From contig NZ_JMCB01000007.1 of assembly GCF_000737315.1 (NCBI RefSeq), positions 248,001 to 312,000 on the forward strand: 64,000 nt of DNA, written 5' to 3'. Of this stretch, positions 46,300 through 55,952 are shown piece after piece. The stretch is from Hyalangium minutum (GTDB taxonomy: Bacteria > Myxococcota > Myxococcia > Myxococcales > Myxococcaceae). The translations under genes were made by a program, and so were the position numbers. The notes beneath the pieces are model-generated. The model did not search any database, was not told the origin of the DNA, and was given only the letters and a program-made list of their open reading frames with translations. Position 1 is the first letter of the stretch. Every line of letters starts with the position of its first letter.

Positions 46300-46740
46300 A
46301 TGACTTCCTCCTCCCGCCCCAAGGGGCTGCTGACCCGTGGCCTGAAGCTGGTGGGGCGCCTGACCAGCCCGGAGACCCGCTCCGGCCAGCTCTTCGCCAA
46401 GGCCGAGGCCCGCCTCACCCAGGTCACCTCGAAGCTCAGCGAGAGCCCCACCTGGCTGCGCGTCAGCGGCGGGTTGATGCGCCGCCGCTTCAACCTGCGC
46501 ATCCGCCGCCAGTCCCTCCAGGAGAAGGCGCTCCAGGCCCTGCGCCTGCCCGCCACCTCGGACGTGGAGGCCATGCGCGATCAGGTCCGCCGCCTCAACA
46601 ATCAGGTCGAAGCGCTCGGCTCGCAGCTGGAGCTCGTGGTGGAGCTGCTTGAGAAGCAGGAGCAGCGCTCCACCAAGGCGCCCCGCTCGCGTGAGGAGTC
46701 TCCACCGCTCGAGTCCGCGGCCCGCCGCCCCGGCACCTGA
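46300..46740 (+). CDS. Small coiled-coil protein (PhaE/phasin-like, tentative)
   Basis: LQALRLPATSDVEAMRDQVRRLNNQVEAL pattern; immediately upstream of phaC-like gene. Confidence 0.55.
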   Translation: MTSSSRPKGLLTRGLKLVGRLTSPETRSGQLFAKAEARLTQVTSKLSESPTWLRVSGGLMRRRFNLRIRRQSLQEKALQALRLPATSDVEAMRDQVRRLNNQVEALGSQLELVVELLEKQEQRSTKAPRSREESPPLESAARRPGT

Positions 46741-46757
46741 GCCCCCCGAGTCCTTCC

Positions 46758-47882
46758 ATGGCTTCCAACACCTTCCAGCGCTTCCGCTCCTTCGTCTCGG
46801 GTCAGGCCGAGCTGTCCCGTGCGCTCTCGCAGGCGCTCCAGGACCGGCCCCTCAACCCGTACCCGTACCTGCGCCCCATCATCGAGCGCGCCTCCGGCGT
46901 GCGCGAGCCGCCCGTGAGCACCACGCCGCACTCGGTGGTCTTCACGCGCGGCAGCATGCGGCTGCTGCGCTATGCCTCGCCCCACCGCAAGTGGCGCACC
47001 CCCATTCTCTTCGCCTACTCGCTGATCAACCGCTGGTACATCCTCGACTTCCTGCCCGGCCGCAGCCTCATCGAGTACCTCACCCGCGAGGGCTTCGACG
47101 TCTACGCCATCGACTGGGGCATCGCCGGGCCCGACGAGCAGCACCTCACCTGGAGCGACGTGCTGGCGGATCTGGTGCGCCAGGCCGTGCGGTGGACGCT
47201 GCGCGTGAGCGGCAGTGACGAGCTCACCCTGTACGGCTACTGCATGGGCGGCACCCTGGCCCTGGCCTACGCCAGCCTCTACCCCGAGGGCATCCGCAAC
47301 TTCGTGGCCCAGGCCACGCCGGTGGACTTCAGCAAGGGCGGCATCTACTCACTGTGGACGCAGCCGGCGCACTTCGACGTGGACTCGCTGGTGGATGCGT
47401 ACGGCAACGTCCCGTCGAGGGTGCTGGAGAGCGGCTTCCTCGCGGCGGCTCCCGTGCAGCGTGTCACACGGTGGCTGGACGTGTGCCGCCACATCGACGA
47501 GCCCGAGTACGTCACCACGTTCCTCGCCATGGAGCGCTGGGGCGCGGACGCCGTCCCGTTCCCGGGCGAGGTGTACCGGCAGTACATCAAGGACTGCTAC
47601 CAGCAGAACCTCTTCTGCCAGGGCCGCATGGAGGTGGGCGGCGAGCGCGTGGACCTGAAGCGCATCCGTGCGTCGCTGCTCAACATCATCGCGGAGCATG
47701 ACACCATCGCCTTCCCACCCATGAGCGAGCCGCTGCCGGGGTTGGTGGGCTCGCCGGACACGCAGACGATGCGCTTCCCGGTGGGGCACATTGGCCTGTC
47801 GGCCTCGAGCAAGAGCCCGACGAAGGTGTGGCCTGTGGTGGCGGAATGGATCGCCTCGCGCTCGCGGCCCCTGGAGTCCTGA
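46758..47882 (+). CDS. Class III-like PHA synthase PhaC / alpha-beta hydrolase
   Basis: YSLINRWYILD, GFDVY.IDWG, GYCMGG, TPVDF, EHDTI, GHIG. Confidence 0.75.
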   Translation: MASNTFQRFRSFVSGQAELSRALSQALQDRPLNPYPYLRPIIERASGVREPPVSTTPHSVVFTRGSMRLLRYASPHRKWRTPILFAYSLINRWYILDFLPGRSLIEYLTREGFDVYAIDWGIAGPDEQHLTWSDVLADLVRQAVRWTLRVSGSDELTLYGYCMGGTLALAYASLYPEGIRNFVAQATPVDFSKGGIYSLWTQPAHFDVDSLVDAYGNVPSRVLESGFLAAAPVQRVTRWLDVCRHIDEPEYVTTFLAMERWGADAVPFPGEVYRQYIKDCYQQNLFCQGRMEVGGERVDLKRIRASLLNIIAEHDTIAFPPMSEPLPGLVGSPDTQTMRFPVGHIGLSASSKSPTKVWPVVAEWIASRSRPLES

Positions 47883-47885
47883 CGG

Positions 47886-48773
47886 ATGCGGAATCCGATG
47901 GCGCCACTGAGTGAAGGGTCGATTCGCCTGAAGGATGGGCGGCGGCTCGCGTTCGCCGAGTCCGGGGATCCGGCGGGAGTTCCGGTCATCTTCCTCCATG
48001 GCAACCCGGGCTCGCGCTACATGCGGCACCCGGACGACAGCCTCACGTACCGGATGGGGGTGCGGCTCATCACTCCAGATCGGCCGGGGTATGGGCTGTC
48101 GGACTTCCAGCCGAACCGCACACTGCTGGACTGCCCCTCGGACATCGAGCAGCTGGCGAACATGCTGGGCCTGGGGCGCTTCGCGCTCATGGGCGTGTCC
48201 GCGGGAGGGCCCTACGCGGCGGCGTGCGCGTGGAAGCTGGGGGACCGCCTCACACGCGTGGCGATTGTCTCCGGTGCGGCGCCGTTCGACCGGCCGGGAG
48301 CGATGCGAGAAGTCAACCGGGACTATCGCAATGCGTACACGATGGCGGGGTGGCCTGAGTGGCTGCTGCACCCGCTCATGGCGGCGCACGATCGTTCGGT
48401 GCGGCGCAATCCGGATCGGGCGTTGGGGGCGCTGATGGCGCACAGCTCGCCGGATGACCGGGCGGCACTGAGCGATCCGGCGCTGGCGGCGCAGGTGCAG
48501 GGCTGGCGCTCCGAGGCCACGCGGCAGGGGGTGCGCGGCATGCGGCGCGAGGCACGGATCCTCGTGTCTCCGTGGGGCTTTCCGCTGGAGGAGATCCGGC
48601 CCGAGGTGCACCTCTGGTACTGGGATGGGGACAGCATCGTCCCGCCGCAGATGGGGCTCTATCTGGCCAAGCGGATCCCGAGGACGGTGGCGCACTTCAT
48701 GCCGAACGGGGGCCACTTCTCGCTCTTCACGAACTGGAAGAAGATCCTCACGTCGCTCGTGAGTGAGGGGTAG
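47886..48773 (+). CDS. Alpha/beta hydrolase
   Basis: HGNPGSR, PDRPGYGLSD, GVSAGG, GGHF. Confidence 0.85.
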   Translation: MRNPMAPLSEGSIRLKDGRRLAFAESGDPAGVPVIFLHGNPGSRYMRHPDDSLTYRMGVRLITPDRPGYGLSDFQPNRTLLDCPSDIEQLANMLGLGRFALMGVSAGGPYAAACAWKLGDRLTRVAIVSGAAPFDRPGAMREVNRDYRNAYTMAGWPEWLLHPLMAAHDRSVRRNPDRALGALMAHSSPDDRAALSDPALAAQVQGWRSEATRQGVRGMRREARILVSPWGFPLEEIRPEVHLWYWDGDSIVPPQMGLYLAKRIPRTVAHFMPNGGHFSLFTNWKKILTSLVSEG

Positions 48774-48788
48774 CCGGGCAAAGGTGCG

Positions 48789-49154
48789 TTGATGAACGAG
48801 CAACACGATTGGGACAAGGTCAGAGAGTGGGAGAAGCGGCTCGACCAAGACCAGGTGCTCGCTCCAGACGTGACTGACCTGATCCGGCGCGTCGCGAGGG
48901 ACGTGGCTATTCCCGAGGAGGAAGCACAGCGAGCGGTGGGGACCCCCATCGCTGCCACCATGCTCCTCCGGGAAATGAGCCGCCGGATCCGCGAGGGCTC
49001 GCGACGCCTGATGCGTGCCATTTCAGAAGCAAACCGCCGCAAGGAAGCGGGTGATGCCGCTGGAGCACGGAAGATTCTTGAGGAAGTCCTCGCTGCCGAA
49101 ATCGTGCCTCTGTACCGGCAGCATGTGGAGGCAGAGCTGAGCTACCTGGAGTAG
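48789..49154 (+). CDS. Myxobacterial DUSAM-domain protein
   Basis: LLREMSRRIREGSRRL, AGARKILEEVLAAEIVPLYR. Confidence 0.7.
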   Translation: MMNEQHDWDKVREWEKRLDQDQVLAPDVTDLIRRVARDVAIPEEEAQRAVGTPIAATMLLREMSRRIREGSRRLMRAISEANRRKEAGDAAGARKILEEVLAAEIVPLYRQHVEAELSYLE

Positions 49155-49216
49155 TTTGGGTCTCCAAGGCCCGATCTCGAAGCGAGAGATGCCCCTCTTC
49201 AAGCTGAGAGCCGGGG

Positions 49217-49810
49217 CTACTTCTTGCCCCAGAGGTAGTGCAGTTCCAACTCGAGCGCTTCGAAGGGCTCGGCGCGCACGCGGGTCATGCCGGCATGGGT
49301 GACGAGCAGCGTGTAATGCCCCTCTTGGAGGCGAAACACTTCGAGACTCTGGCGCTCAGGGTCCACCAGCCAGACGTATTGAACGCCCTCTCGGGCATAC
49401 ACGGGCATCTTGAGCGCCCGGTCCAGTGAGGCCGTCGAAGCGGAGAGCACCTCGCACACCCAGTCCGGCGCAAGTGTGCACGCCGCCGTGCGGGGAGGTT
49501 CGGGCATGCGGTGTTCGCGCCAGCCCGCGAGGTCGGGCACCAGCACCTCCTCACCCAGATGCAGCTCTGGCTCATCTAGGAGGATCCACCCGCCCGGGCC
49601 ACCGCGTCCCCGATCGAACGGGCCGAGTAGCTCGCCCCCAAGTCGCGTGGCTACGACGGTGTGAGGCAAAGCGGGCCGAGGGCTGACATGCAGTTCCCCT
49701 GCGATGATCTCGCCCACCACATGCTCGGGCAGCGCCTCGATGTCTGCATAGGTGGCTGGTTTGCGTTCCATTGCTTCCCCATATTCCTCGACGCCCATCC
49801 CAGTTTCCAT
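49217..49810 (-). CDS. Uma2 family endonuclease
   Basis: VGEIIAGEL.VSPRP, VPDLAGWR, APDWVCEVLS.ST, YAREGV..VWLVDP. Confidence 0.9.
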   Translation of the reverse strand: METGMGVEEYGEAMERKPATYADIEALPEHVVGEIIAGELHVSPRPALPHTVVATRLGGELLGPFDRGRGGPGGWILLDEPELHLGEEVLVPDLAGWREHRMPEPPRTAACTLAPDWVCEVLSASTASLDRALKMPVYAREGVQYVWLVDPERQSLEVFRLQEGHYTLLVTHAGMTRVRAEPFEALELELHYLWGKK

Positions 49811-49917
49811 GCAGGCGGGGATAGCACCCCCGTCTGACTCGTCACGTCGTCTGGCTCGAAGCTACCCTCTCAGGTTGTTCCCGGAGCCGCGCGAGTGCAA
49901 GGCGGCCAGAATCGCGC

Positions 49918-51372
49918 CTACTTCTGCCCCGTGGTGTTCGGGCGTGAAGACGTGAACACGGGCCAGTAACACCGTCTCCTCCACTCGTAGGTGCTGTCGA
50001 CGCAGGGGGAAGCTTCATTGCCCACGAGAATCCAGCAGCCACCATTGATCTCCACCTGAGGTCGCTTGCACGGAGGCTGGCGCTGGTTGGGGAGAGGATC
50101 CTTGGGGACCTCTGCGCCGATGCCATCGTGAGTGGTATTGGGCTCTGAGGCTGGCATCGGCTGCTGCAGTGCCGCCTCTCCCACAGCCGCAGTGTCGCTC
50201 TCCTGTGCTGCAGCCTGGGCCTCTCGTGCTTGAGCTCTGGCGGCTGCGAGGAGGGACTGCTCACGGAGTGCATGGCCGAGTCCCATTCCTCCGATGATCA
50301 GCGCTACGGCTGCGGCTGTGGCTGCGAGCTCCTTGCGCCATGACCTGTGCTTACGGACAGGGACGGGCGGTTGTTTCTCTTCACGCTGCTCAGAGGCACT
50401 CTGTGCGGCGGCCGCCTGCGCGGCCTCGCGCGCTTCCGTGTCCGCCGGCAGCGCCAGCCCCGTGGCAAGCTCCGCCGCACTTCCTCGGGCTGCGGGCTCC
50501 GCGGAGAGCATCTGTCGGATCCACCGCGCCAGCTCTGGGTGGAGCGGAACCAGCTTCTCGGCGGGAACCAGCTCGGGGAAGTGGGCGACCCCGTCCTCAT
50601 GCTCGAGGGTGGCTTCCGCATCCTCGTCAATGACCGGGTAACTCTCGGTGGCAAGGAAGTGGGCCGTGACGCCGAGCGCATAGACGTCATCGGCCGGGAC
50701 GGACGGGTACCGAACCGTGGGCTCGCGGAGAAAGCGCCACTGGTGCAAGAGGGCTTGAGGGCTCTGGTAGTAGCGAGTGCTGGGCGGCTCGGGCTCGCGG
50801 GTGAGGACAGGGGCTCCGCGATACGTGCACGAGCCGAAGTCCACCAGCCACAGGTGCCCATCCGAGGGGCGCACGAGGATATTGGCGCCCTTCACATCGC
50901 GGTGAATCCCACCGGCCGCATGGACCGCCTGGAGCGCGCTGGCGGCCTGAGCGAGCACTCGCATCTGCTGATCCGCCGTCCGAGGTTGGAGCTGTGCCCA
51001 GGAATACAGGGGCAGACCCTCCGCGAAGTCCATGACGAGGAACGGGAAGAGCGCGCCACCGGGACCGCTCCACTGACCCGAGTCGTGCAGGCGAGGAATG
51101 TTCGGGTGCTTCAGCCGCGAGAGCAGCTCCACCTCCAGCGCGAAGCGAGGGTCTCTGGGGTGGAGCGCTAACTTGAGGGCGAAGAGGCCCGCTTCAGGCG
51201 AGTCCGCCCGTTGCGCGCGGAAGACGATGCCCGAGGAGCCCTGCGAGATCCGGCCCATCAGGCGCCAGGCGCCGATGAGAGAACCCGGGGAGAGGGAGGT
51301 GGGATAGACGGGACGGGGAGTCTTCAAGCAGATGGCTCCATGATTGAAGTAAAACCCAACAGGTAGGCTCAT
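49918..51372 (-). CDS. Ser/Thr protein kinase, myxobacterial membrane type
   Basis: ALKLA, HPNIPRL, HRDVKGANIL, DFG, DDVYALG; TM; Cys-rich C-terminus (GGCW, C..WRRRCY). Confidence 0.85.
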   Translation of the reverse strand: MSLPVGFYFNHGAICLKTPRPVYPTSLSPGSLIGAWRLMGRISQGSSGIVFRAQRADSPEAGLFALKLALHPRDPRFALEVELLSRLKHPNIPRLHDSGQWSGPGGALFPFLVMDFAEGLPLYSWAQLQPRTADQQMRVLAQAASALQAVHAAGGIHRDVKGANILVRPSDGHLWLVDFGSCTYRGAPVLTREPEPPSTRYYQSPQALLHQWRFLREPTVRYPSVPADDVYALGVTAHFLATESYPVIDEDAEATLEHEDGVAHFPELVPAEKLVPLHPELARWIRQMLSAEPAARGSAAELATGLALPADTEAREAAQAAAAQSASEQREEKQPPVPVRKHRSWRKELAATAAAVALIIGGMGLGHALREQSLLAAARAQAREAQAAAQESDTAAVGEAALQQPMPASEPNTTHDGIGAEVPKDPLPNQRQPPCKRPQVEINGGCWILVGNEASPCVDSTYEWRRRCYWPVFTSSRPNTTGQK

Positions 51373-51526
51373 TCAATACGACTTTGCAGGTGGTACCTAC
51401 TCCCGCAGCAGAGGTATGTTCGAGTAGGAACGGGAACAGGTCTCCGCTGTGGGACAGGGGACGGCAGTCTCGTGTGCCAGGCGAGGACTCGTGTTTCTGA
51501 GGGTTTAGCCGTACCGGGCCCGAGCG

Positions 51527-51597
51527 CTGGTGCCAACTGGTTGGCAGTGACGAATGGTGGGGGTGCTGTCTGGTGCCAACTGGTTGGCAGTGACGAA
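51527..51597. repeat. Two 28-bp direct repeats each containing a palindrome
   Basis: CTGGTGCCAACTGGTTGGCAGTGACGAA at 51527-51554 and 51570-51597. Confidence 0.9.
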
Positions 51598-51834
51598 CGG
51601 CGGAGCCCGGTACTCTGTTGGATGGGTGGAACCTGCGATCGGCTGCTTCTCACGGGGTGAGAAGTCTTCATCCGGTCGCATCTTGCGGGTGTGGAGAGGG
51701 CCAGCGGGGACGGTGGCGCCCACCTACCCAGCGCGTTACCACCACGCCAGAGGAACGGGTGCCACCCCGTGGCTTCTCCTCTTCCTCGGAGCCGCCCTCT
51801 AACGTTCCGTGCTCCTGGCCAGAAGGAGCCATCC

Positions 51835-53199
51835 ATGATGCGCAGGCGGACCCTGAGGTGGGCAGGCGCCCTATTCCTCGCGTTCCTGGTGGGCTGCAGC
51901 AGTGTCCCCAGGGTTCTTCGCGTGGAGCAGAAAGGCGGAGGCCAAGCCGTCGTCCACATTCCTCGTGAGGCGCCGCTGCAACTTGTGGTGGTGGACAAGG
52001 ACGAGTTCCAGCGGGCGTTGCGGCGGCTGGCACGCGAGGCCCGCCTGTCCGGCTCCCCGCGCCAGACGGTGGAGCGGATGTTCGAGATGGATCCGCAGTT
52101 CGGCAACTACCTCTACCTCTTGAGGGACAAGCGGTTGGTGCTGGAGGGCAGCGGCGAGCTGCCGGAAGGAGCGCTGACGAAAGAGGACTTGGAACTGGCC
52201 GAGCGCTACCGGCTTTGGTGCCAGGACGTCTACGGCTTCTACGGAGATTGCCTCGGGGGCGCACTCGTAGGCGGGCGCTACCTGGACATGCACGGCCGCT
52301 ACATCTGGGCACTGGCGATGAGCAAGAGCCCGGTGCTGGACGAGATGAAGAAGGCGCTGGGGGAGATGGTGGAGGTGCGCGCCCTCATCCACACCGCCCT
52401 GTGGACGCTGGGCTCCATGCTGCTCATCCTCGCGCTCAACCCCGTGGCGCCGGCGCTGGTGGCGGTGGTGGGCTTGGGGCTGGTGTTGTACGTGGGGCTC
52501 GACACACTCCAGAACCTCGTGAGCGGCTGGCTGGAGTTGATGGACGTGGCGAAGGTGGCCACCCGCGCTGAGCAACTGCGCGAGGCGGGCGAGCGCTTCG
52601 GGAAGATTCTGGGGCGAGAGGCCGCTCGCGCGTTCGCCCTGCTGCTGATGGCAGCGATAGGTTCCACGGCGCAGCAGTTCGCGGCGAAGGTGCCGACGCT
52701 GCCCGGCTCAGCCCAGGTGGCCATGCAGGCCGAGGGTATGGCGGGAATCCCGCTGCCCGCGCTGGGAGCGGTGGAAGAGCTGGCGCTGTCATCCGAGGGC
52801 GTCAGCGTCACGGTGGCCGCCACGGCGATGACCATGGGGGCCAGCGGCAGGGGGAGCACGGGCCCCTGCATCGAGACTCACCACATCGCCACCATCTGCA
52901 ATGATACCTCCACGGCGCGTGGGGGCCCCTGGACACCGAGGTTCCAAGAAATCTTTGCCAAGGCGGGAATGTCCATGGATGACCCGGCGAACAAGATGCC
53001 GCTGCAGGGGCACTATGGGCCGCATCCCCAGCGGTATCACGAGATTGTCTACGAGGAACTGCGGAGGGCGACGTTGACTTGCCGTAGCATCAGGGATTGC
53101 CAGGCGAAGTTGAGAGAGGCCCTCAAGGAATTGGCAAAGGAACTTGCCACGCCGGGAACAGAGCTGAACCAGCTCGTCACCCAGCGGCCAACACCCTAA
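51835..53199 (+). CDS. Lipoprotein polymorphic toxin with C-terminal AHH nuclease
   Basis: SD AAGGAG; lipobox LVGC; HHIAT..N, PWT..F..IF, GHYGPHP..YH. Confidence 0.85.
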   Translation: MMRRRTLRWAGALFLAFLVGCSSVPRVLRVEQKGGGQAVVHIPREAPLQLVVVDKDEFQRALRRLAREARLSGSPRQTVERMFEMDPQFGNYLYLLRDKRLVLEGSGELPEGALTKEDLELAERYRLWCQDVYGFYGDCLGGALVGGRYLDMHGRYIWALAMSKSPVLDEMKKALGEMVEVRALIHTALWTLGSMLLILALNPVAPALVAVVGLGLVLYVGLDTLQNLVSGWLELMDVAKVATRAEQLREAGERFGKILGREAARAFALLLMAAIGSTAQQFAAKVPTLPGSAQVAMQAEGMAGIPLPALGAVEELALSSEGVSVTVAATAMTMGASGRGSTGPCIETHHIATICNDTSTARGGPWTPRFQEIFAKAGMSMDDPANKMPLQGHYGPHPQRYHEIVYEELRRATLTCRSIRDCQAKLREALKELAKELATPGTELNQLVTQRPTP

Positions 53200-53208
53200 A
53201 GGGAGTCC

Positions 53209-53772
53209 ATGCCCCAGCGTTTTTTCAAGCTCGCCGACGACGTGTATGTCCCGCGCCGCTGGCACTTGGCCATGCCGACGGACCGTCAGGGCCACAAAGT
53301 CAACGATGCGCAATTCACGATGGGGGCGCCTGCATCCATCCAGGAACGTTTGAGAATCCCTGTCGAGATCGCGGGCACCCCGCTGGACTTCACGGAAGCG
53401 GGGATTGGCATTCCCGTGGTTCATGTCCGGGTGGCCACTCTCTTCGCGGAGCTGGCCCCAGACGATGTGCAACTTCTCGCTGTGGATGTTGAGGGCCATC
53501 CAGACCAGTACCTCATCCTCGTGGCCACACGCCGCATTCGCTGTATCGACGAGAAGGCGTCCCGCATCCGGCTCTGGACCCATGAAAATGGGATTCCGGA
53601 CATGGTCGGCCAGTACGCCTCCGTGCGGGACCTGCGCATCGACAAAGCGAAGGTGGGAAGCGCCAAGGTGTTCCGCCCCGAAGGATGGGAGGTCGTCCTC
53701 ATCATCTCCGAGGAGCTCAAGAACGGTTTGGAGCGCATGGGCGCCACCGGCACGAGATTCGAGGAGGTCTAG
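53209..53772 (+). CDS. Imm11-like immunity protein
   Basis: Directly downstream of AHH toxin; LDFT, V.V...VA.LF, CIDE..S, LRID..KVG...VFR..GW. Confidence 0.75.
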   Translation: MPQRFFKLADDVYVPRRWHLAMPTDRQGHKVNDAQFTMGAPASIQERLRIPVEIAGTPLDFTEAGIGIPVVHVRVATLFAELAPDDVQLLAVDVEGHPDQYLILVATRRIRCIDEKASRIRLWTHENGIPDMVGQYASVRDLRIDKAKVGSAKVFRPEGWEVVLIISEELKNGLERMGATGTRFEEV

Positions 53773-53879
53773 TCAGAGCCCCAGCGAGTTGGCGCCGTGC
53801 GTCATTTGAAACCGCTTCTGATTAGGTCGGATATTCTGGCAAAACCGGAAAATCCAAGCAGGCCTAAGAGAGGCACGCC

Positions 53880-55952
53880 ATGAAGGCAGCGACGAGCATC
53901 CGCCGTGAGCGCAGCGCGAGAGTCCGAGGAGTCTTACTGGCCGTAGCCCTGCTGACGGCCACGGCCGCGAGCGCCCAGACGTTCACCAACCCCATCCTGC
54001 CCGAGACGTCCGCGGATCCGTCAATCGTCCGCTACAACGGCTTCTACTACCACGCGGCCAGTGCCGGGGATGCCGGCATCGTGGTCCGCAAGTCCTCCAC
54101 GCTGACGGGGCTCGCGAGCGCAACGGCCGTGCGGGTGTGGACCGCGCCCACCACGGGCGCCTACAGCCGCGAGGTTTGGGCCCCGGAGCTCCAACTGATC
54201 AACGGGCGGTGGTACATCTACTTCGCGGCCTCGGACGGCAACAACGCCAACCACCGCATGTACGTGCTCGAGTCCGCCACGCTCGACGCCCAGGGCGCGT
54301 ACACCTTCCGGGGCCAGCTCCGGCCCACCACGGACCGGTGGGCCATCGACGGCGCGGCCATTCAGAAGGATGACGGCTCGCTCTACTTCGTCTGGTCCGG
54401 CTGGCCCGGCACCACCGACGGACAGCAGAACCTCTACATCGCTCCCATGAGCAACCCGTACACGATCAGCGGCGAGCGCGTCCTGATCGCTCAGCCCGCA
54501 TTCATGTGGGAAGGCCGGGCCATGACGCTCAACGAGGGCCCTCAGCCCATCCGCCTCGCGGGCAAGTACGCGATCATCTTCTCCGCCAGCGGCAGCTGGA
54601 CCCGGGAGTACACCCTCGGCCTGCTCACCAACACGGATGGCAACCTGCTCAACCCCAAGTCATGGGTGAAGACCGGGCCCGTGTTCCGCCAGAACGGTGA
54701 TGTGTACGGCGTGGGCCACCCCACCTTCACCCAGTCGCCGGATGGCTCGGAGAATTGGATCGCCTACCACGCCAAGCGCCTGAGCACCGATGGCTGGGGC
54801 GACCGCAGCGTCCGCGCTCAGAAGTTCTACATCGACAGCGCTGGCAACCTGAACCTCGGTGTCGCTCGCTCCGTGTCCATCGCTCAGCCCAAGCCCGCAG
54901 GTGAGAGCGGCGCCCCCGCCTCCGCCAACCTCCTCGACAGCAACGGCTGGGGCGGCTCCTTCGAGGGCGCCGGCCGCTCCGGCTCCTGGACCCTCCCCAA
55001 CTCCACGTCCGCCACCAGCACCTCGCTCGGCGCGGGCTGGATGCAGCTGTTCCGCGGCAACCCCAACTTCGAGACCGTCGCGGCCTCGGCGGATGTCCGG
55101 TGGATCGCCACGGGCACCACCTCCACCTTCCCCAAGTTCGGCATCTACGGCACCTACAAGAATGCCAGCAACTACGTGGCGCTCTTCCTGGACAAGAAGT
55201 ACGGCGTGCTCGCCACCCACGCGGTGATTGGCGGTGTGGACAAGGGCTGGCAGAACTCGGCGCTCCCCACGGGCTTCTCGTGGACTGCGGCCCACAACCT
55301 CCGCATCGAGCGCAGCTGGAGCGGCCAGTACCTGTTCTTCCTCGATGGCGTGCTCCAGCAGACGCGGGCGCTCGACAACGTGCTCGGCATGATGGGGCTC
55401 GTCACCGAGGACACCCAGGCAGAGTTCACCAACGTCACCTTGGATCCGCTCCAGGGCTGGGGCGACCCGGCCGTGGACGGGCTCGAGAACGGCATGTTCG
55501 AGATCCGCAGTGCCCGTGACGTCGTGGCCTGGCAGTTCGGCGCGGGCTGGAAGAGCCTCTGGCGCAAGAGCGCGCCCACCACCGCCAGCTACACCGTGGA
55601 GTCCGCCGCCCGGCTGATCTCCCAGGGCACCACGCCCTATCCCAAGTACGGCCTCTACGGCTGCTACCAGAACGGCGGTAACTCCATGACCGCGTGGCTG
55701 GATCCGAAGACCGCGGTGCTCGCCACCCACGCCGTGGCCGGTGGAGTGGATCTCGGCTGGCAGAACACCTCGCTCGCGGGGCTCAGCTTCACCACCGCCC
55801 ACACGCTCAAGGTGGTTCGCAGCGGCACCACCTTCACGGTGTTCGTGGACGGCGTCCAGAAGCAGTCGCGCTCGGTGGGGCTGTCCGGTTGTCAGACCGG
55901 TGTCGTCGCCGAGGACGCCCAGGCCGAGTTCACGAACTTCCGCGTCTACTGA
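53880..55952 (+). CDS. GH43 glycoside hydrolase with repeated C-terminal lectin-like domains
   Basis: ADPSI, WAPEL, WAIDG, NEGP, GVGH.TF. Confidence 0.9.
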   Translation: MKAATSIRRERSARVRGVLLAVALLTATAASAQTFTNPILPETSADPSIVRYNGFYYHAASAGDAGIVVRKSSTLTGLASATAVRVWTAPTTGAYSREVWAPELQLINGRWYIYFAASDGNNANHRMYVLESATLDAQGAYTFRGQLRPTTDRWAIDGAAIQKDDGSLYFVWSGWPGTTDGQQNLYIAPMSNPYTISGERVLIAQPAFMWEGRAMTLNEGPQPIRLAGKYAIIFSASGSWTREYTLGLLTNTDGNLLNPKSWVKTGPVFRQNGDVYGVGHPTFTQSPDGSENWIAYHAKRLSTDGWGDRSVRAQKFYIDSAGNLNLGVARSVSIAQPKPAGESGAPASANLLDSNGWGGSFEGAGRSGSWTLPNSTSATSTSLGAGWMQLFRGNPNFETVAASADVRWIATGTTSTFPKFGIYGTYKNASNYVALFLDKKYGVLATHAVIGGVDKGWQNSALPTGFSWTAAHNLRIERSWSGQYLFFLDGVLQQTRALDNVLGMMGLVTEDTQAEFTNVTLDPLQGWGDPAVDGLENGMFEIRSARDVVAWQFGAGWKSLWRKSAPTTASYTVESAARLISQGTTPYPKYGLYGCYQNGGNSMTAWLDPKTAVLATHAVAGGVDLGWQNTSLAGLSFTTAHTLKVVRSGTTFTVFVDGVQKQSRSVGLSGCQTGVVAEDAQAEFTNFRVY

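Noticed and set aside
51527-51597. Mini CRISPR array
   Set aside because: Only two repeats, a 15-nt spacer and no cas genes
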